From: a virus
Taxonomy: Duplodnaviria > Caudoviricetes
Strand: one strand, 5' to 3'
Virus record (IMG/VR): IMGVR_UViG_3300017782_000029
Coordinates: 1-50,109 of that record
Length of the DNA stretch: 50,109 nucleotides
Translations under genes and position numbers: made by a program
The notes under the pieces: generated by a model
Databases searched by the model: none
What the model saw: only the letters and a program-made list of their open reading frames with translations
What the model was told of the DNA's origin: nothing
Shown here: piece by piece, positions 22,001 to 28,595 of the stretch
How positions within the stretch are numbered: the stretch's first letter is position 1
Layout: the number at the start of each line of letters is the position of its first letter

Positions 22001-22221
22001 TAGAAGGTAATTGGGATAAGATGACCGACTATTATTTATACACACTACTACCGTTTGGTAGAATCATTAAGGATGTTGTAGGACCCGGTGGAGCTATAGA
22101 GAATCCATTCTATGCTGTTGAGAAATTTACAGGTGTACCATATATACAGGGTGGTAATTTTTTACAGGAAGCTAAGAAAGGAGATGCTGATGCTAAAAGT
22201 TTCTTTTCTAATCTACTATAA
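13045..22221 (+). CDS. Giant virion protein / virion-packaged two-barrel (DPBB) RNA polymerase with inserted GNAT domain
   Basis: FDGG (D840), LGKY (K883), ESGIK (K912), MRVP (R1352), GGADLDGD (D1391-D1395); GNAT motifs RNKGIG and NFWKKQGY at aa ~970-1065; last gene of ejection cluster. Confidence 0.8.
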   Translation: MAMQKAPWEPKANKEQTRESVVKYRLQPSLWEGNEKEIENLQKHAEYHRIPFARSKEHQDNMIMGSLKQFASGWGEGFSANIIQGDDEPDTTPEKIARQLGSLAGFLGYIPGSKFIKPLQAIAKFTRNKSIPMRVANKATQTMSKAYPTLKRDAPSIAKIFSSENKIGDVLQGAFHLGIASGVSDWRGIVDEGMPRALEAVGWGGVYGGGFRALGNMPGFGKKLQATQLDASTGLPKLKTLTGGQLFDYSVRAAVSGIVSKELAEYQHNGPLPLEQEIYEYVMGAAFSFNDTPLQTRLSRKAIHDTIKNKYGYEESFGKVPDPELHPEYDTWTPEMQKFVKRDFDAWFGADSEVKAATLMLQNQAMKNEGLTQKDIEKTMDEMVKKNIDSAELNPEGELIDPVLKSDIKKVKDIIKDNPNSEEYQDLDMHINQIDNLPGKISGGKGYVDKYITPRTGKSTMADRLVESLKIAKKWDELHTTVQGIARPKDGAVKEMIDFIQKEYKLNNIEQKEIDWWRNWAEQTRKKRLVLQTFFADGEVGFVDKGVSPTGEKKELLFEPPKMQEIFNNINTKLGKPQENFYTIADFFVRKGEEYGFTGKDVRRLQNALDKTIGPDGKPAKAKNVIRMVKSKIAKDLDQAGYYYTGGRGDKAAMYFVKKHPMVDPANRQKDLDMIQKAFENNGFDKGKFSKHLLKMGIKYKQKFRGVNDNYYKDSLINNIYYDIHNNFGFNVAQKDIPAMLNKMLSSKGFIKDAKAYNKRAQIWFNSGQTTNTRVANEYLKSFKARFKKEYKLPRDWEPLEFVGKKKDEASLVIWDDSVGIDKDNFKADRKNMERPEGFDGGIPALPEFIYALNKSNGITNEGRVNKSFIVSPNAKYGAMLGKYMFFEASPKLQEAMRKKGIHALAPESGIKQMGFRKFGNVNVKGFKGAGDKIERIDFEAQVRKLLNNKGLFINAENAKVGGKKLPQERIGDIYLMPEARNKGIGSKFADLVENYKRSQGLRDIQIMAVGGRKKEGTEKHDNINFWKKQGYKVTGKAVPVKLGNKVLNPELRGKTVYAIPMSKDIQGDIWIEGPKYNIPLRDIRTILSETTSTNDLVGAKFAKQMWSTIMHFSKDKTNPDLIKSMSDEIIKRSVEGDSELNKAWDAHIKNPNDVSERKILEDIDNVSLEKLAEAVTNTKDEGFASRVYDKIIQKNIETTRETAKEAEIVKDEYAKSLVEVSEFEGILDRVGELYPKGNLGFYMHKFAKNYRQNAVKNYIVDRISRPKLKNGMKARMRPFDHGMWGKIDIDDRQDVFYLDDGARAKKIYDPFFNGGYETLGKIWDEYNKKDNGIYKENKELIEDILEGVAMRVPMDSQSGAHALKFGGFTGAKGQGVLLHGRVMDALGGADLDGDKAFIFFGGKSGMWKEWKEIYKGQLNEFVDKDGNQIPAKNEDARKQFVKSDKELIEMNSNPISKYDPNLRATMSEAAYEGRETLGGAVTTRQALASAYDVIRLSESTAYGPVKYVKGQYLPTIIQKGAYYFPVETKQGKVAYVKQTPKKAIERFKQLSRAAINLGADPMDEMGIRSASEIKQILNDSLFNYEFMYHKKVGKLDKERYIFTTASDLNRNTTPLKEMLKKFSQKGLHSNYSQANNVLYGRDFLTGNKYSLGDIQAGVGSIDWVPRESQRNLLNFIATEYKKIPYEDNIFRRLDSEALNQLYSSNRREFTDRPELLKLFDRTSMISRQGPLMRQIISKRLYKLENRVRLANNKSEFWDLFHSKWHPQYDAQVNGQKRGVMGNIPSHLYGKFVSKKANTTVKDRLQYLEYKLNQAEDFLVNDLSDMSSIKHILSVRDAGNVSDEDFKKVNLMVNALKNSSYWVKKSRDELRLDIQKVVEETGDKKTGEGFLKYLGLQKKGGESAKNQTEIDRQILFDKKALKKANLQNLYDSMVLGTFQRTNKKLLEFLDRKPKLKKNEVKFKEMLRKNGQNTSLMRIGFASKNVKDESIRQHLDEYNKLYKEINPVPKEEETFIKDVSKKAETTTKAKYKTETGVVENKIIEASDLDESGRYFMDYIEPWAGGKKGKIKDKDLLSTTYKLMNHLKHYHNLDSRDFNGLFRSMFQKNINMATKQDFESLERFFQDMRDGSTWTRFISWVSGKKDTRPEIERRYWNRFPEANQREWLKYPGMVKWKADVTPFKDRFNNSIMGRSIRPTTVIGDLQNFAWKGAEFSLQTSEEETNRLRDELAPYTQTNEFGNDFHKIAVSVRERGMVHALKEIMGDDPLLMSKQQAYMDNYNEVQPLYKKLKKKVFPIPLKDGTVNLTGEQIVKNINDIYTRKNKALETMINGDADWFDNFTKVAYDRNGNPTWKGLDALYNKYLKYSKEKFRRGERFDINKFGINGMQELNKLISLKFSLPIAKRNTKLLKEYAGKLGLGKKITEVWDSEYYFPHVSFDRKNVDAQLSKSLDSIFANSKLSKKDKYQAAKKLIYQSKTMTGDWAPKSISEENFEAMQDVYQKAAGDKKREGAKQILPLGFKQPYSQYQRDSHLAGWSRDAEAYEANIKNLVDSFYKESMLTLSRSHIQEFYRKFRKQTKDKALATRWANFLKLYTQSSMGYPTDIPDALINDKKMKLKWTPYMSFADSNMRNRIESIRDKLGITSKALKKYDISKEDAKELNEYSQSKLQFWSGLEAKWQMASLLAHPKSAITNLFGGQIHTGISAGVQNLKNARDIDYLKTNVNPEWRSMRDVEKWVEGLGIVEEFLLYEAGMNKELRGRRMESFIRDFSRKLKGKEDLKNTELTALIKKHKITDSMWNKASWFMRRPERTLRRDAFIAHYLQAKKNFGGAIRDYDHPFLIEMGRRGVKSTQFLYSAPFRPMWTNSALGRVMSRFQLWSWNSVRFRKDLLNEARLRGFTPGTAEYNRAKRLVTADLMVYGLSSMFMYSLFDNALPAPWNWFQDTASAMFGDDEERERAFFGHPAGPLSIVKPPLFRFDQPIYEGLVEGNWDKMTDYYLYTLLPFGRIIKDVVGPGGAIENPFYAVEKFTGVPYIQGGNFLQEAKKGDADAKSFFSNLL

Positions 22222-22260
22222 AGTTCGCAAACTGCTAACTGTGATATAAAAAAATATGAT

Positions 22261-22299
22261 AATATGCAGGGGACAAAAGGATTTAAGCCCCCTACATAT
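22261..22299 (-). terminator. Hairpin at convergence of the two transcription arms
   Basis: - strand AATATGTAGGGG...CCCCTGCATATT, 12-bp stem with one G-U. Confidence 0.55.
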
Positions 22300-22322
22300 T
22301 GCGACTAGACTATGGCAAGTAG

Positions 22323-22511
22323 TTATTCGCTCAAACGCCCCATTGCTATGTAAAATAGCTCTGGGGTTAATCTTTTAAGGTTACCATCTTGGCAACGCTT
22401 AGCCATTCTATTTACTACGCATTTTAATTCATACATTACTTGGTCCATTGAACCAGAACCAAGTTGAATATTATGGTCTTTAAATGCTTTCTTAATCTCT
22501 GTTTTTGTCAT
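22323..22511 (-). CDS. Putative short histone-fold protein
   Basis: 62 aa; helix(EIKKAFKDH)-loop(IQLG)-~26-aa helix-loop(KRLTPE)-helix pattern like short-alpha2 bacterial histones; GGAGGAG RBS. Confidence 0.45.
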   Translation of the reverse strand: MTKTEIKKAFKDHNIQLGSGSMDQVMYELKCVVNRMAKRCQDGNLKRLTPELFYIAMGRLSE

Positions 22512-22689
22512 ACTCTCCTCCTACTTTAATTTTGATAGTTGGTTCAGTTAATAATTGTTTGCTACGTTTAAATTTTCTACTAGCGTGATAGTTAGCCCAT
22601 AGTTTTAACGCCGCTCTTTTACGTTCCGACATATCAGTTATTGGTTTTTTATCTGTGCCTTTATAAGGTCTTTGTTTAGGTTTCTTCAT
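22492..22689 (-). CDS. Hypothetical basic protein
   Basis: AAAGGA RBS; Lys/Arg-rich; overlaps downstream gene. Confidence 0.7.
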   Translation of the reverse strand: MKKPKQRPYKGTDKKPITDMSERKRAALKLWANYHASRKFKRSKQLLTEPTIKIKVGGEYDKNRD

Positions 22690-22707
22690 ATTATCCTTTC
22701 AAAAAGA

Positions 22708-22806
22708 AACAAGGTCCCTCCTACTATCCACTACACGTTGAGAGATAAGACACTGCCGTGTAAAGAACTTCGTTGTATAGTTTCATACTTCGGTCAGGAC
22801 CTTGTT
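22708..22806 (-). ncRNA. Candidate structured RNA, unit A
   Basis: Closed by AACAAGGTCC/GGACCTTGTT 10-bp stem; internal TACACG/CGTGTA helix. Confidence 0.4.
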
Positions 22807-22811
22807 AAGTT

Positions 22812-22915
22812 ATAGAGAGAGTTGCCTACCGGCAGGACTTTTATTTTATCCAAGAGTTACAAGGCTTCGAGGTAGTTATGTACTTCCCTAATCTCCGTCG
22901 AGATACTCTCTCTAT
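22812..22915 (-). ncRNA. Candidate structured RNA, unit B
   Basis: Closed by ATAGAGAGAGT/ACTCTCTCTAT 11-bp stem; internal hairpins ATCTC-GACG-GAGAT and TGCC-GGTA-GGCA. Confidence 0.4.
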
Positions 22916-22927
22916 TTTTAATTCTGG

Positions 22928-23071
22928 AAGAGTCCCTGACGCCAACCAGTTTACATTTGTCTTCCTTTATCTTTTTTGGTCTAAGTATCGCTAGGATTAT
23001 TCCATTATTGCTACTCTTATTCCTCACTGAGCAACCTTTCGGTTACAAACTCAGACTAATGTGGGACTCTT
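22928..23071 (-). ncRNA. Candidate structured RNA, unit C
   Basis: Closed by AAGAGTCCC/GGGACTCTT 9-bp stem; internal GTAACC-GAAA-GGTTGC GNRA hairpin on - strand. Confidence 0.4.
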
Positions 23072-23076
23072 TCATT

Positions 23077-23502
23077 TTAATCGCAATTAGAACCGGGTAT
23101 ACACTTAGTAAACTCTCCAGTTCTTTGCAAGTTTTGTTCGTCTTCTTTATTCCAATTACAATTCTCTTTCATACTTTTCATCAAATCGTTGACTTTGTGT
23201 CCGTATTGCATTTGATTTTCTTCAAAAGCTTGAGAACTTAATAAAGACATACCTTTAAATATGATTGCAAGTTCGTCAGGTTGTACTGTTTTTTTATTGC
23301 TCTGCCTGTCTTTCTTTTCTTTATCATACTGTTCAAGTAATACTGCGGCTAAATAAACTACTAAATCAAGCATTTCTTCTGTTGATTCTTTTAAGTTGTC
23401 TCTACCGCCTTCTCCGTTTAATGGTATGTCTTGTCCATATTTCTTTTGTCCTAGTTTTAATCTATCTTTAACAAGATTTAATACTCTATCATTAGTCTTC
23501 AT
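23077..23502 (-). CDS. MazG-like / all-alpha NTP pyrophosphatase-like protein
   Basis: RLKLGQKKYG...NLKESTEEMLDLVVYL (ExxEExxD) pattern. Confidence 0.6.
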   Translation of the reverse strand: MKTNDRVLNLVKDRLKLGQKKYGQDIPLNGEGGRDNLKESTEEMLDLVVYLAAVLLEQYDKEKKDRQSNKKTVQPDELAIIFKGMSLLSSQAFEENQMQYGHKVNDLMKSMKENCNWNKEDEQNLQRTGEFTKCIPGSNCD

Positions 23503-23768
23503 TTTACTTCCCCTTCAATACTTGGTGGAAATACCATTATTTTGCCTTTTTTACTTAGCTTATCTTTAAAGTAAGTCCAAGGCATAAGAACTTTATTAAA
23601 GAATTTATAATGATAGTTCGTAGTTCCTTCTTTTGCATCGTCTAGTGCTTGGTCATAACCGTGACGATAACCACGCCTATAACTCGCTTCTTGTTCTCGA
23701 TGTCGTTTTTTCTCTTCTCTAGTAAAAGGTTTACTAGCTTCTTTTGCTGTTATTATTTTCATTACCAT
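23499..23768 (-). CDS. Hypothetical protein
   Basis: YRRGYRHGYDQA GxxxG repeat; overlaps both neighbours. Confidence 0.7.
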   Translation of the reverse strand: MVMKIITAKEASKPFTREEKKRHREQEASYRRGYRHGYDQALDDAKEGTTNYHYKFFNKVLMPWTYFKDKLSKKGKIMVFPPSIEGEVK

Positions 23769-24196
23769 CTGCCTCCTTTGGCAAGTTTTCTCATTACATA
23801 TTTATTTAGTTCGTCTGGTAATCCACCTACTAATTGCATTAACAATATAAAGTCTTGCTCATCTAACGGTCCTTTTCTTGTATTACAAGTCTTACATATT
23901 AATTGTAAGTTTTCTTTTGTGCTTGGTCCGTTTTTAGCAAGGGGTATGATATGGTCACAGGCTATATTTCTATAGTCTAATCTTTTATCACAGTAACAAC
24001 ATCCTTTTCCATATATATCATAAAACATTTTTCTTATATCTGTTTTATCTATGGTACATTTTACGTCCGCTTCTATACTTCTTCTTTTTAAAGAAGACAT
24101 TAGCGTAGACATTTTTGAAGATAACTTTTTATAAGCTTTGTTCCAGAATGTCTTATGTATAGGATATAGTTTTTCTTTAAATTGTTCTTTTTTCAT
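23762..24196 (-). CDS. HNH endonuclease
   Basis: CCYC...DHIIPLAKNGPSTKENLQLICKTCNTRKG. Confidence 0.92.
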   Translation of the reverse strand: MKKEQFKEKLYPIHKTFWNKAYKKLSSKMSTLMSSLKRRSIEADVKCTIDKTDIRKMFYDIYGKGCCYCDKRLDYRNIACDHIIPLAKNGPSTKENLQLICKTCNTRKGPLDEQDFILLMQLVGGLPDELNKYVMRKLAKGGRW

Positions 24197-24204
24197 AATG
24201 CTGT

Positions 24205-24230
24205 AGGGGGATAGGATTAACTACCCCCCT
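24205..24230 (-). terminator. Intergenic hairpin (terminator or processing stem)
   Basis: - strand AGGGGGGTAG-TTAATC-CTATCCCCCT, 10 bp with G-U; weak U-tract. Confidence 0.45.
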
Positions 24231-24238
24231 TTAGTTTG

Positions 24239-24448
24239 TTACGCTAGAGTATACTCTGCATATTTGTTACCAGTATGTGACTCAATCTTATTGGTCTTTA
24301 CTTTGTGACCATCTTTTCTTAAGTCGCATATTACAGCCGCTAACCTGAAACATCCACACGAATTTAAAGCTAACATTGGATTAACTTTAACTCCGTCTTG
24401 TAGCATCTTTAATATCATTGATTTTTGGGATTGCTTTTGTCTTGGCAT
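24239..24448 (-). CDS. Winged helix-turn-helix DNA-binding protein
   Basis: ILKML..G...PMLAL...GCFRLAAVICDLRKDGHKV...YAEYTL, common phage wHTH family. Confidence 0.8.
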   Translation of the reverse strand: MPRQKQSQKSMILKMLQDGVKVNPMLALNSCGCFRLAAVICDLRKDGHKVKTNKIESHTGNKYAEYTLA

Positions 24449-24645
24449 AAGTTACTTTCTCCTTTCGTAAAGTGTAAGTGAGTTCCGAATTTCCAGAAAC
24501 TAATAGAGAAATCAATATCAAACTGTGACTTTGATTGCATAAACACAAAGCCAAACCTAAATAGATTTAATATACTTAAATACAAACCTTTGTTTAGATT
24601 ATTGTTTATAATGTTTCCTCTTAAAAGACCATTTAATAATCTCAT
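24415..24645 (-). CDS. Hypothetical protein
   Basis: TAATG-coupled to Gp157 gene; aromatic beta-rich. Confidence 0.6.
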   Translation of the reverse strand: MRLLNGLLRGNIINNNLNKGLYLSILNLFRFGFVFMQSKSQFDIDFSISFWKFGTHLHFTKGESNLCQDKSNPKNQ

Positions 24646-25178
24646 TAACTTCTCCTAACTCGTTTTACTTTCTCAGCATAAAAGCCGGGAATAGCCTCAC
24701 CTTGGTTAAGGACCTTTCTAGCCGCTTTCTTATCAATCTTCTCTACGTGTTCCCACGTTTTGTAGACATCAGGTATAGCATCTTTATCTACTATAGCTAC
24801 TGGTCCAAGAGTTTCGTACAACTTATATCTTGCAGTATCGGATTCATATACTCCGTTTTCGTCACCAAGTTCTGATACAACCATAGGCAAGAGTGATTTA
24901 TTAAAGTAGTCTTTTAAACTTTCTACTGCTTTTTTCCTCACTCTTAATCTAGTTTGTTCTTGCTTGATAGCTTCTATTTCTGCGTCAATAAGATGCTCTT
25001 TTCTAGATAGTTCGACCATAAAATAGTCTATACCATCTACTTTCTTTCTTATTTTACCTTGTATGGTTTGCATTTGACCTTCTAATATTAACTGCTCTTC
25101 GTTATCTGTTTCCATTTGCAGGTTAATATCAGTGTCTATATACTCCCCTATTAGGTCTCGTGTTGTTTTCTTTTCCAT
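24645..25178 (-). CDS. Siphovirus Gp157-family protein
   Basis: KVDGI...IDAEIEAIKQEQTRL..RKK...LKDY...IPDVY....KIDKK....L..GEAIPG. Confidence 0.85.
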   Translation of the reverse strand: MEKKTTRDLIGEYIDTDINLQMETDNEEQLILEGQMQTIQGKIRKKVDGIDYFMVELSRKEHLIDAEIEAIKQEQTRLRVRKKAVESLKDYFNKSLLPMVVSELGDENGVYESDTARYKLYETLGPVAIVDKDAIPDVYKTWEHVEKIDKKAARKVLNQGEAIPGFYAEKVKRVRRS

Positions 25179-25330
25179 TACCTTCGTCCTTCTTTCTCAA
25201 TATGAACTGCTTGTTGAATGTACCATTCTATTTGCTTTTTAACAGAGCGTTTTTCTTTTTCTGCTATTGTTTGCAGAACTGCTTTTTCTTCTGCTGTTAT
25301 TTCAGCTTTTACAATGTGTAGTTTCTTCAT
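25178..25330 (-). CDS. Arc-like ribbon-helix-helix regulator (50 aa, not in ORF track)
   Basis: MKKLHIVKAEITAEEKAVLQTIAEKEKRSVKKQIEWYIQQAV...; beta-strand + A..E.RS...QI pattern; TAATG overlaps at both ends. Confidence 0.75.
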   Translation of the reverse strand: MKKLHIVKAEITAEEKAVLQTIAEKEKRSVKKQIEWYIQQAVHIEKEGRR

Positions 25331-27117
25331 TATACTCTCCTTGGTAGTCTAAATGATGGAGTCCAGTCTAAATCAACTGTAAATAGGTCACCATCACTGT
25401 TTTTAAATAGTTCTACAGTCTTTTCCGAACTATCTTGTTTTCCATTAATACCAATTACTTTACGTGATGCGTTTTCTATAGCACCACTACCTTTACCTGC
25501 GTAAATATCTAGTATTTGGTTTCTGCTGTATTCTCTTGACACCTGAGAGACTTGTATAATGATAATGTCCATATTAACAGCTAAGTTTGATAAGTAGTGA
25601 GATATATATTTAATCTGTTCATACTCGCCTCTTATATGCGGCGGAGTCTCTACTAAATCTATATAATCTACTACTACTAACTTAGGTTGTAGGTCCCTAA
25701 CTTGTTTTTGAATTAAGTCAGGTGATGGACTAATAGTTTGCATAACTACGTGTTCTAGTAAATGACCATACATCTTACCGACATTTTTACTGTCTCTAGA
25801 CACATCTTCTTTACTCATACCACTAGCTATTTGCAAGTTTCTTCTGTGCATATACCAGCCACTTAATTCTAATGATAGAAATAGTGTTGGCAACTGCCAT
25901 TCCTTGTTAATAACGTTCTGATGAAAATCGTAACCTAACGCTATGTTCTGAGCTAATGTTGTTTTATTAGCACCAGTAGGACCAAAGATAGTAACTAACT
26001 CACCCGGATAAATTGTGCAATCCTTATCTTCTAAACCAAACATCTTACTAAGGTCTATTGCTCTTCCAGAAAAGTCTGTTTCTAGTCTTTCTTGTAACTC
26101 GCTTTGCAAACTACTACTAGTTTTTACATCAACTAAGTAGTCTTTATTTTTATAATATACACACTTAGGGCTACATACCGTTTTTAACAAAGCGTCGTTA
26201 CATCCATACTTATAGCCATAGTTATATGTAGATTCTACTTTATCTATTACTATTTGTGGATTTAACTGATTGTTATTCCAGTGTAGCATAGCGGCTTTAG
26301 TTGCGTCACTTGGTATTCCGTGTCTTCTAAAATGTGAAGCTACACGCATTATCGAATGATTTCTACTGCCTTTCTCTGCTCCTCTGTTGTATATTGTTTG
26401 TATGCACGGCACAACATTTGTGTTCTCACTTACCTTACCCATTGCTTTAACTTCAGGTATATCTGTACATATGGTACTTTCCATATTTCCATCACCCCAT
26501 AGTTCTGTACCCATATATGCAGTTCTTCTTGTTTGAGCAAGATGTTGTATATCTGGATAAGTACCATTCATCAGTTCATCTCTACTTATAGGGACTTTAA
26601 ATAACTGACTTTTGATATTAAGCGTATGAGCCATTCTAATGATTGCTGTTCTGCTGTACACACTAGGGTCTAACTTAAAATTAGGAAAAGCTTGTAACAT
26701 TGTTTGTTTAACAACGTATGGAAGCTCATTATCTGCCTTAAAATTAAAGTTATCTCCCGCTAACATTATATGATAGCCCGTCCCACTGAAGAAACATTGA
26801 TAGTTGCCGTCTTTCAGATTATATTCACTCTCACAAAATGCGAGAATGTCTTTAGTCATACTATGTGTATACTCATCTGTGTTATCACCTTTATCAACGT
26901 CTATTGGTATTTCATCTATATGTCTGGTACCCAAGAAACTCTTTACAGTTTTATTCTTTTGTACGAAGTCTAAGCCTTCTTCATCGTATATGTATACGCT
27001 TCTGTAGATTGCTTGAGTTTGACCAGCCTCATAAACAATATCCCACATATCATCATAAGGGACTAAGGTCCCCCTCCTTGAAGGGGAACCTATAGCCATT
27101 TCTACATATCGTGCCAC
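25330..27117 (-). CDS. AEP primase(-polymerase) / PriCT / SF4 (DnaB-like) helicase fusion
   Basis: IDVD, FSGTGYH, D.SVY..IIRM...N.KS (AEP); GSRN (PriCT); Walker A GPTGANKT, VVDYID, SQVSR, GSGAIE (SF4). Confidence 0.9.
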   Translation of the reverse strand: MARYVEMAIGSPSRRGTLVPYDDMWDIVYEAGQTQAIYRSVYIYDEEGLDFVQKNKTVKSFLGTRHIDEIPIDVDKGDNTDEYTHSMTKDILAFCESEYNLKDGNYQCFFSGTGYHIMLAGDNFNFKADNELPYVVKQTMLQAFPNFKLDPSVYSRTAIIRMAHTLNIKSQLFKVPISRDELMNGTYPDIQHLAQTRRTAYMGTELWGDGNMESTICTDIPEVKAMGKVSENTNVVPCIQTIYNRGAEKGSRNHSIMRVASHFRRHGIPSDATKAAMLHWNNNQLNPQIVIDKVESTYNYGYKYGCNDALLKTVCSPKCVYYKNKDYLVDVKTSSSLQSELQERLETDFSGRAIDLSKMFGLEDKDCTIYPGELVTIFGPTGANKTTLAQNIALGYDFHQNVINKEWQLPTLFLSLELSGWYMHRRNLQIASGMSKEDVSRDSKNVGKMYGHLLEHVVMQTISPSPDLIQKQVRDLQPKLVVVDYIDLVETPPHIRGEYEQIKYISHYLSNLAVNMDIIIIQVSQVSREYSRNQILDIYAGKGSGAIENASRKVIGINGKQDSSEKTVELFKNSDGDLFTVDLDWTPSFRLPRRV

Positions 27118-27732
27118 TTAGAAAGAAGTACGACTAGTAGTTCCTGTTACTTGACCATTAACTGGTGTCGCAACAACATTACCCTCTTCTCTAATCAGAT
27201 TCTTGGATTTTAAGAATTGGACAAATGATTCCAACTCTGTTCTTCCTTTCTCTGTATTAGTGGTAATGCGAGGATATACTGTAGTATATGAAGTAGTAGG
27301 GTCCTTCTTTGAAGGCTCCTTATACACATAACAATAGTATTCCCTCTTAGGGTCAATAGGATGTGGTTTAATATGTTCTTCTAGTGACTCAAGCAAATCT
27401 ATTGCTTTACCACTTTCATCGACCATATCACCCTTTACATCTGGACCTCCGTTGAACCCTACAGTATCAGCGAACCGATACCATTTCTTTAATAAAGAAC
27501 AGGTTTTGATGTTACCATCTGCTTCTCTATCATAGGAACCCAAGATTTTCATATCAACTGGATATTGTGAACCTTCTATATCTAACTGTACTCTTAAGAA
27601 TAAGTCAGCCCAATCAAATTGCTCTGTTTGGTCTTCTAGTTCTGTAATTGCACAAGCTTGAAAGCCGAGGTAACTACTTCCTCCTTCACTTCCACTATCT
27701 ATGTCACTTGGTCTGAATGGTGCATTGCTCAT
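27118..27732 (-). CDS. Putative single-stranded DNA-binding protein
   Basis: Between Sak4-like ATPase and primase; beta-rich with flexible tail ending in Phe. Confidence 0.55.
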   Translation of the reverse strand: MSNAPFRPSDIDSGSEGGSSYLGFQACAITELEDQTEQFDWADLFLRVQLDIEGSQYPVDMKILGSYDREADGNIKTCSLLKKWYRFADTVGFNGGPDVKGDMVDESGKAIDLLESLEEHIKPHPIDPKREYYCYVYKEPSKKDPTTSYTTVYPRITTNTEKGRTELESFVQFLKSKNLIREEGNVVATPVNGQVTGTTSRTSF

Positions 27733-28595
27733 TCGCTTTTCTCCTTGTATTTTACTATTTCATTAACAATACTCTCATAATCAAATGGTAGCACTTTCTG
27801 GCTGAGTGGCTTTAATCTACTGCCTACTACACGCTCGTCGTATGCTTCAAATGAAACATAATACTTACCATCGTCTTTATTTGCTGTTGAGTATCCTATA
27901 ACATCAGCTTTAGCCGCTAAGCTATAACCTAGTCCTCTAGGTAGTTCTGGACTTAATTGTGCTTTTCCATCCGTGACTGTTGTAGTCTTTGAATGTGACA
28001 CTAGTATCAGATTACCACCTACTTTCTTGATAAGATTTTGGAACCTTTTGATGATGTCAACGTTCTTCCTTCTGGCTTTACCCCAGTCGGCACCCCATTG
28101 ACCTTCACCCATTGCAGTTATTCCAAGTTCCTGCAATACAGTTTCTTCTACCCACTCGTTTACTTGTCCAAGTGTGTCGATTACTACTGTGTCGTAAGGT
28201 AATTTGTCCCATTCTTTCTCTAGCCATTGATATGCTTCGATTAAAGAATAGACTGGCATAGGTTTTCCCTTATCTTGTCCACTTCTGTAGACAAACCCAC
28301 GCTCTGTTGGTGGAACTATCTCTATTTGAGGTGTTCCACTTTTCGTTACTTGTTTGCCGTCTTTTAAAACTGGACGACTAGGAGCGTTAAGACTCGCTAT
28401 AGTTACAACATTTGCATTATCTACAAATTCTGCACCTAAATCAGTGTCAAGTACTAAGACACCATCTGAACCTGTTTCACTCCAACTGGCACAAGCTGTT
28501 GTTTTACCAGTTTTTGGTTGACCTATGAAAAAATAAGTCAAACCTGAGGGCATACCTTTCCCCCAATCAGTACTAACTTTGCGTACTTCTATCAT
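27729..28595 (-). CDS. Sak4-like AAA (AAA_24) ATPase / ssDNA annealing protein
   Basis: GQPKTGKTT, LDTDLG, VVIDTL, LVSH, ADVIGY. Confidence 0.85.
   Translation of the reverse strand: MIEVRKVSTDWGKGMPSGLTYFFIGQPKTGKTTACASWSETGSDGVLVLDTDLGAEFVDNANVVTIASLNAPSRPVLKDGKQVTKSGTPQIEIVPPTERGFVYRSGQDKGKPMPVYSLIEAYQWLEKEWDKLPYDTVVIDTLGQVNEWVEETVLQELGITAMGEGQWGADWGKARRKNVDIIKRFQNLIKKVGGNLILVSHSKTTTVTDGKAQLSPELPRGLGYSLAAKADVIGYSTANKDDGKYYVSFEAYDERVVGSRLKPLSQKVLPFDYESIVNEIVKYKEKSE

Noticed and set aside
13045-22221. N4-like (T7-family) virion RNAP
   Set aside because: Did not find the T7-type motif set; RxP...DLDGD points to the two-barrel class
22708-23071. tRNA cluster or CRISPR mini-array
   Set aside because: No GTTCRA T-loop/CCA arrangement and no repeated direct-repeat sequence; units differ in sequence
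22957-23975. Plus-strand hydrophobic ORFs opposite the early arm (and similar antisense ORFs elsewhere, e.g. 571-948, 10180-10551, 14340-14762)
   Set aside because: Antisense shadows of well-supported genes; Phe/Leu/Ser-rich composition expected from reverse-complemented A-rich codons
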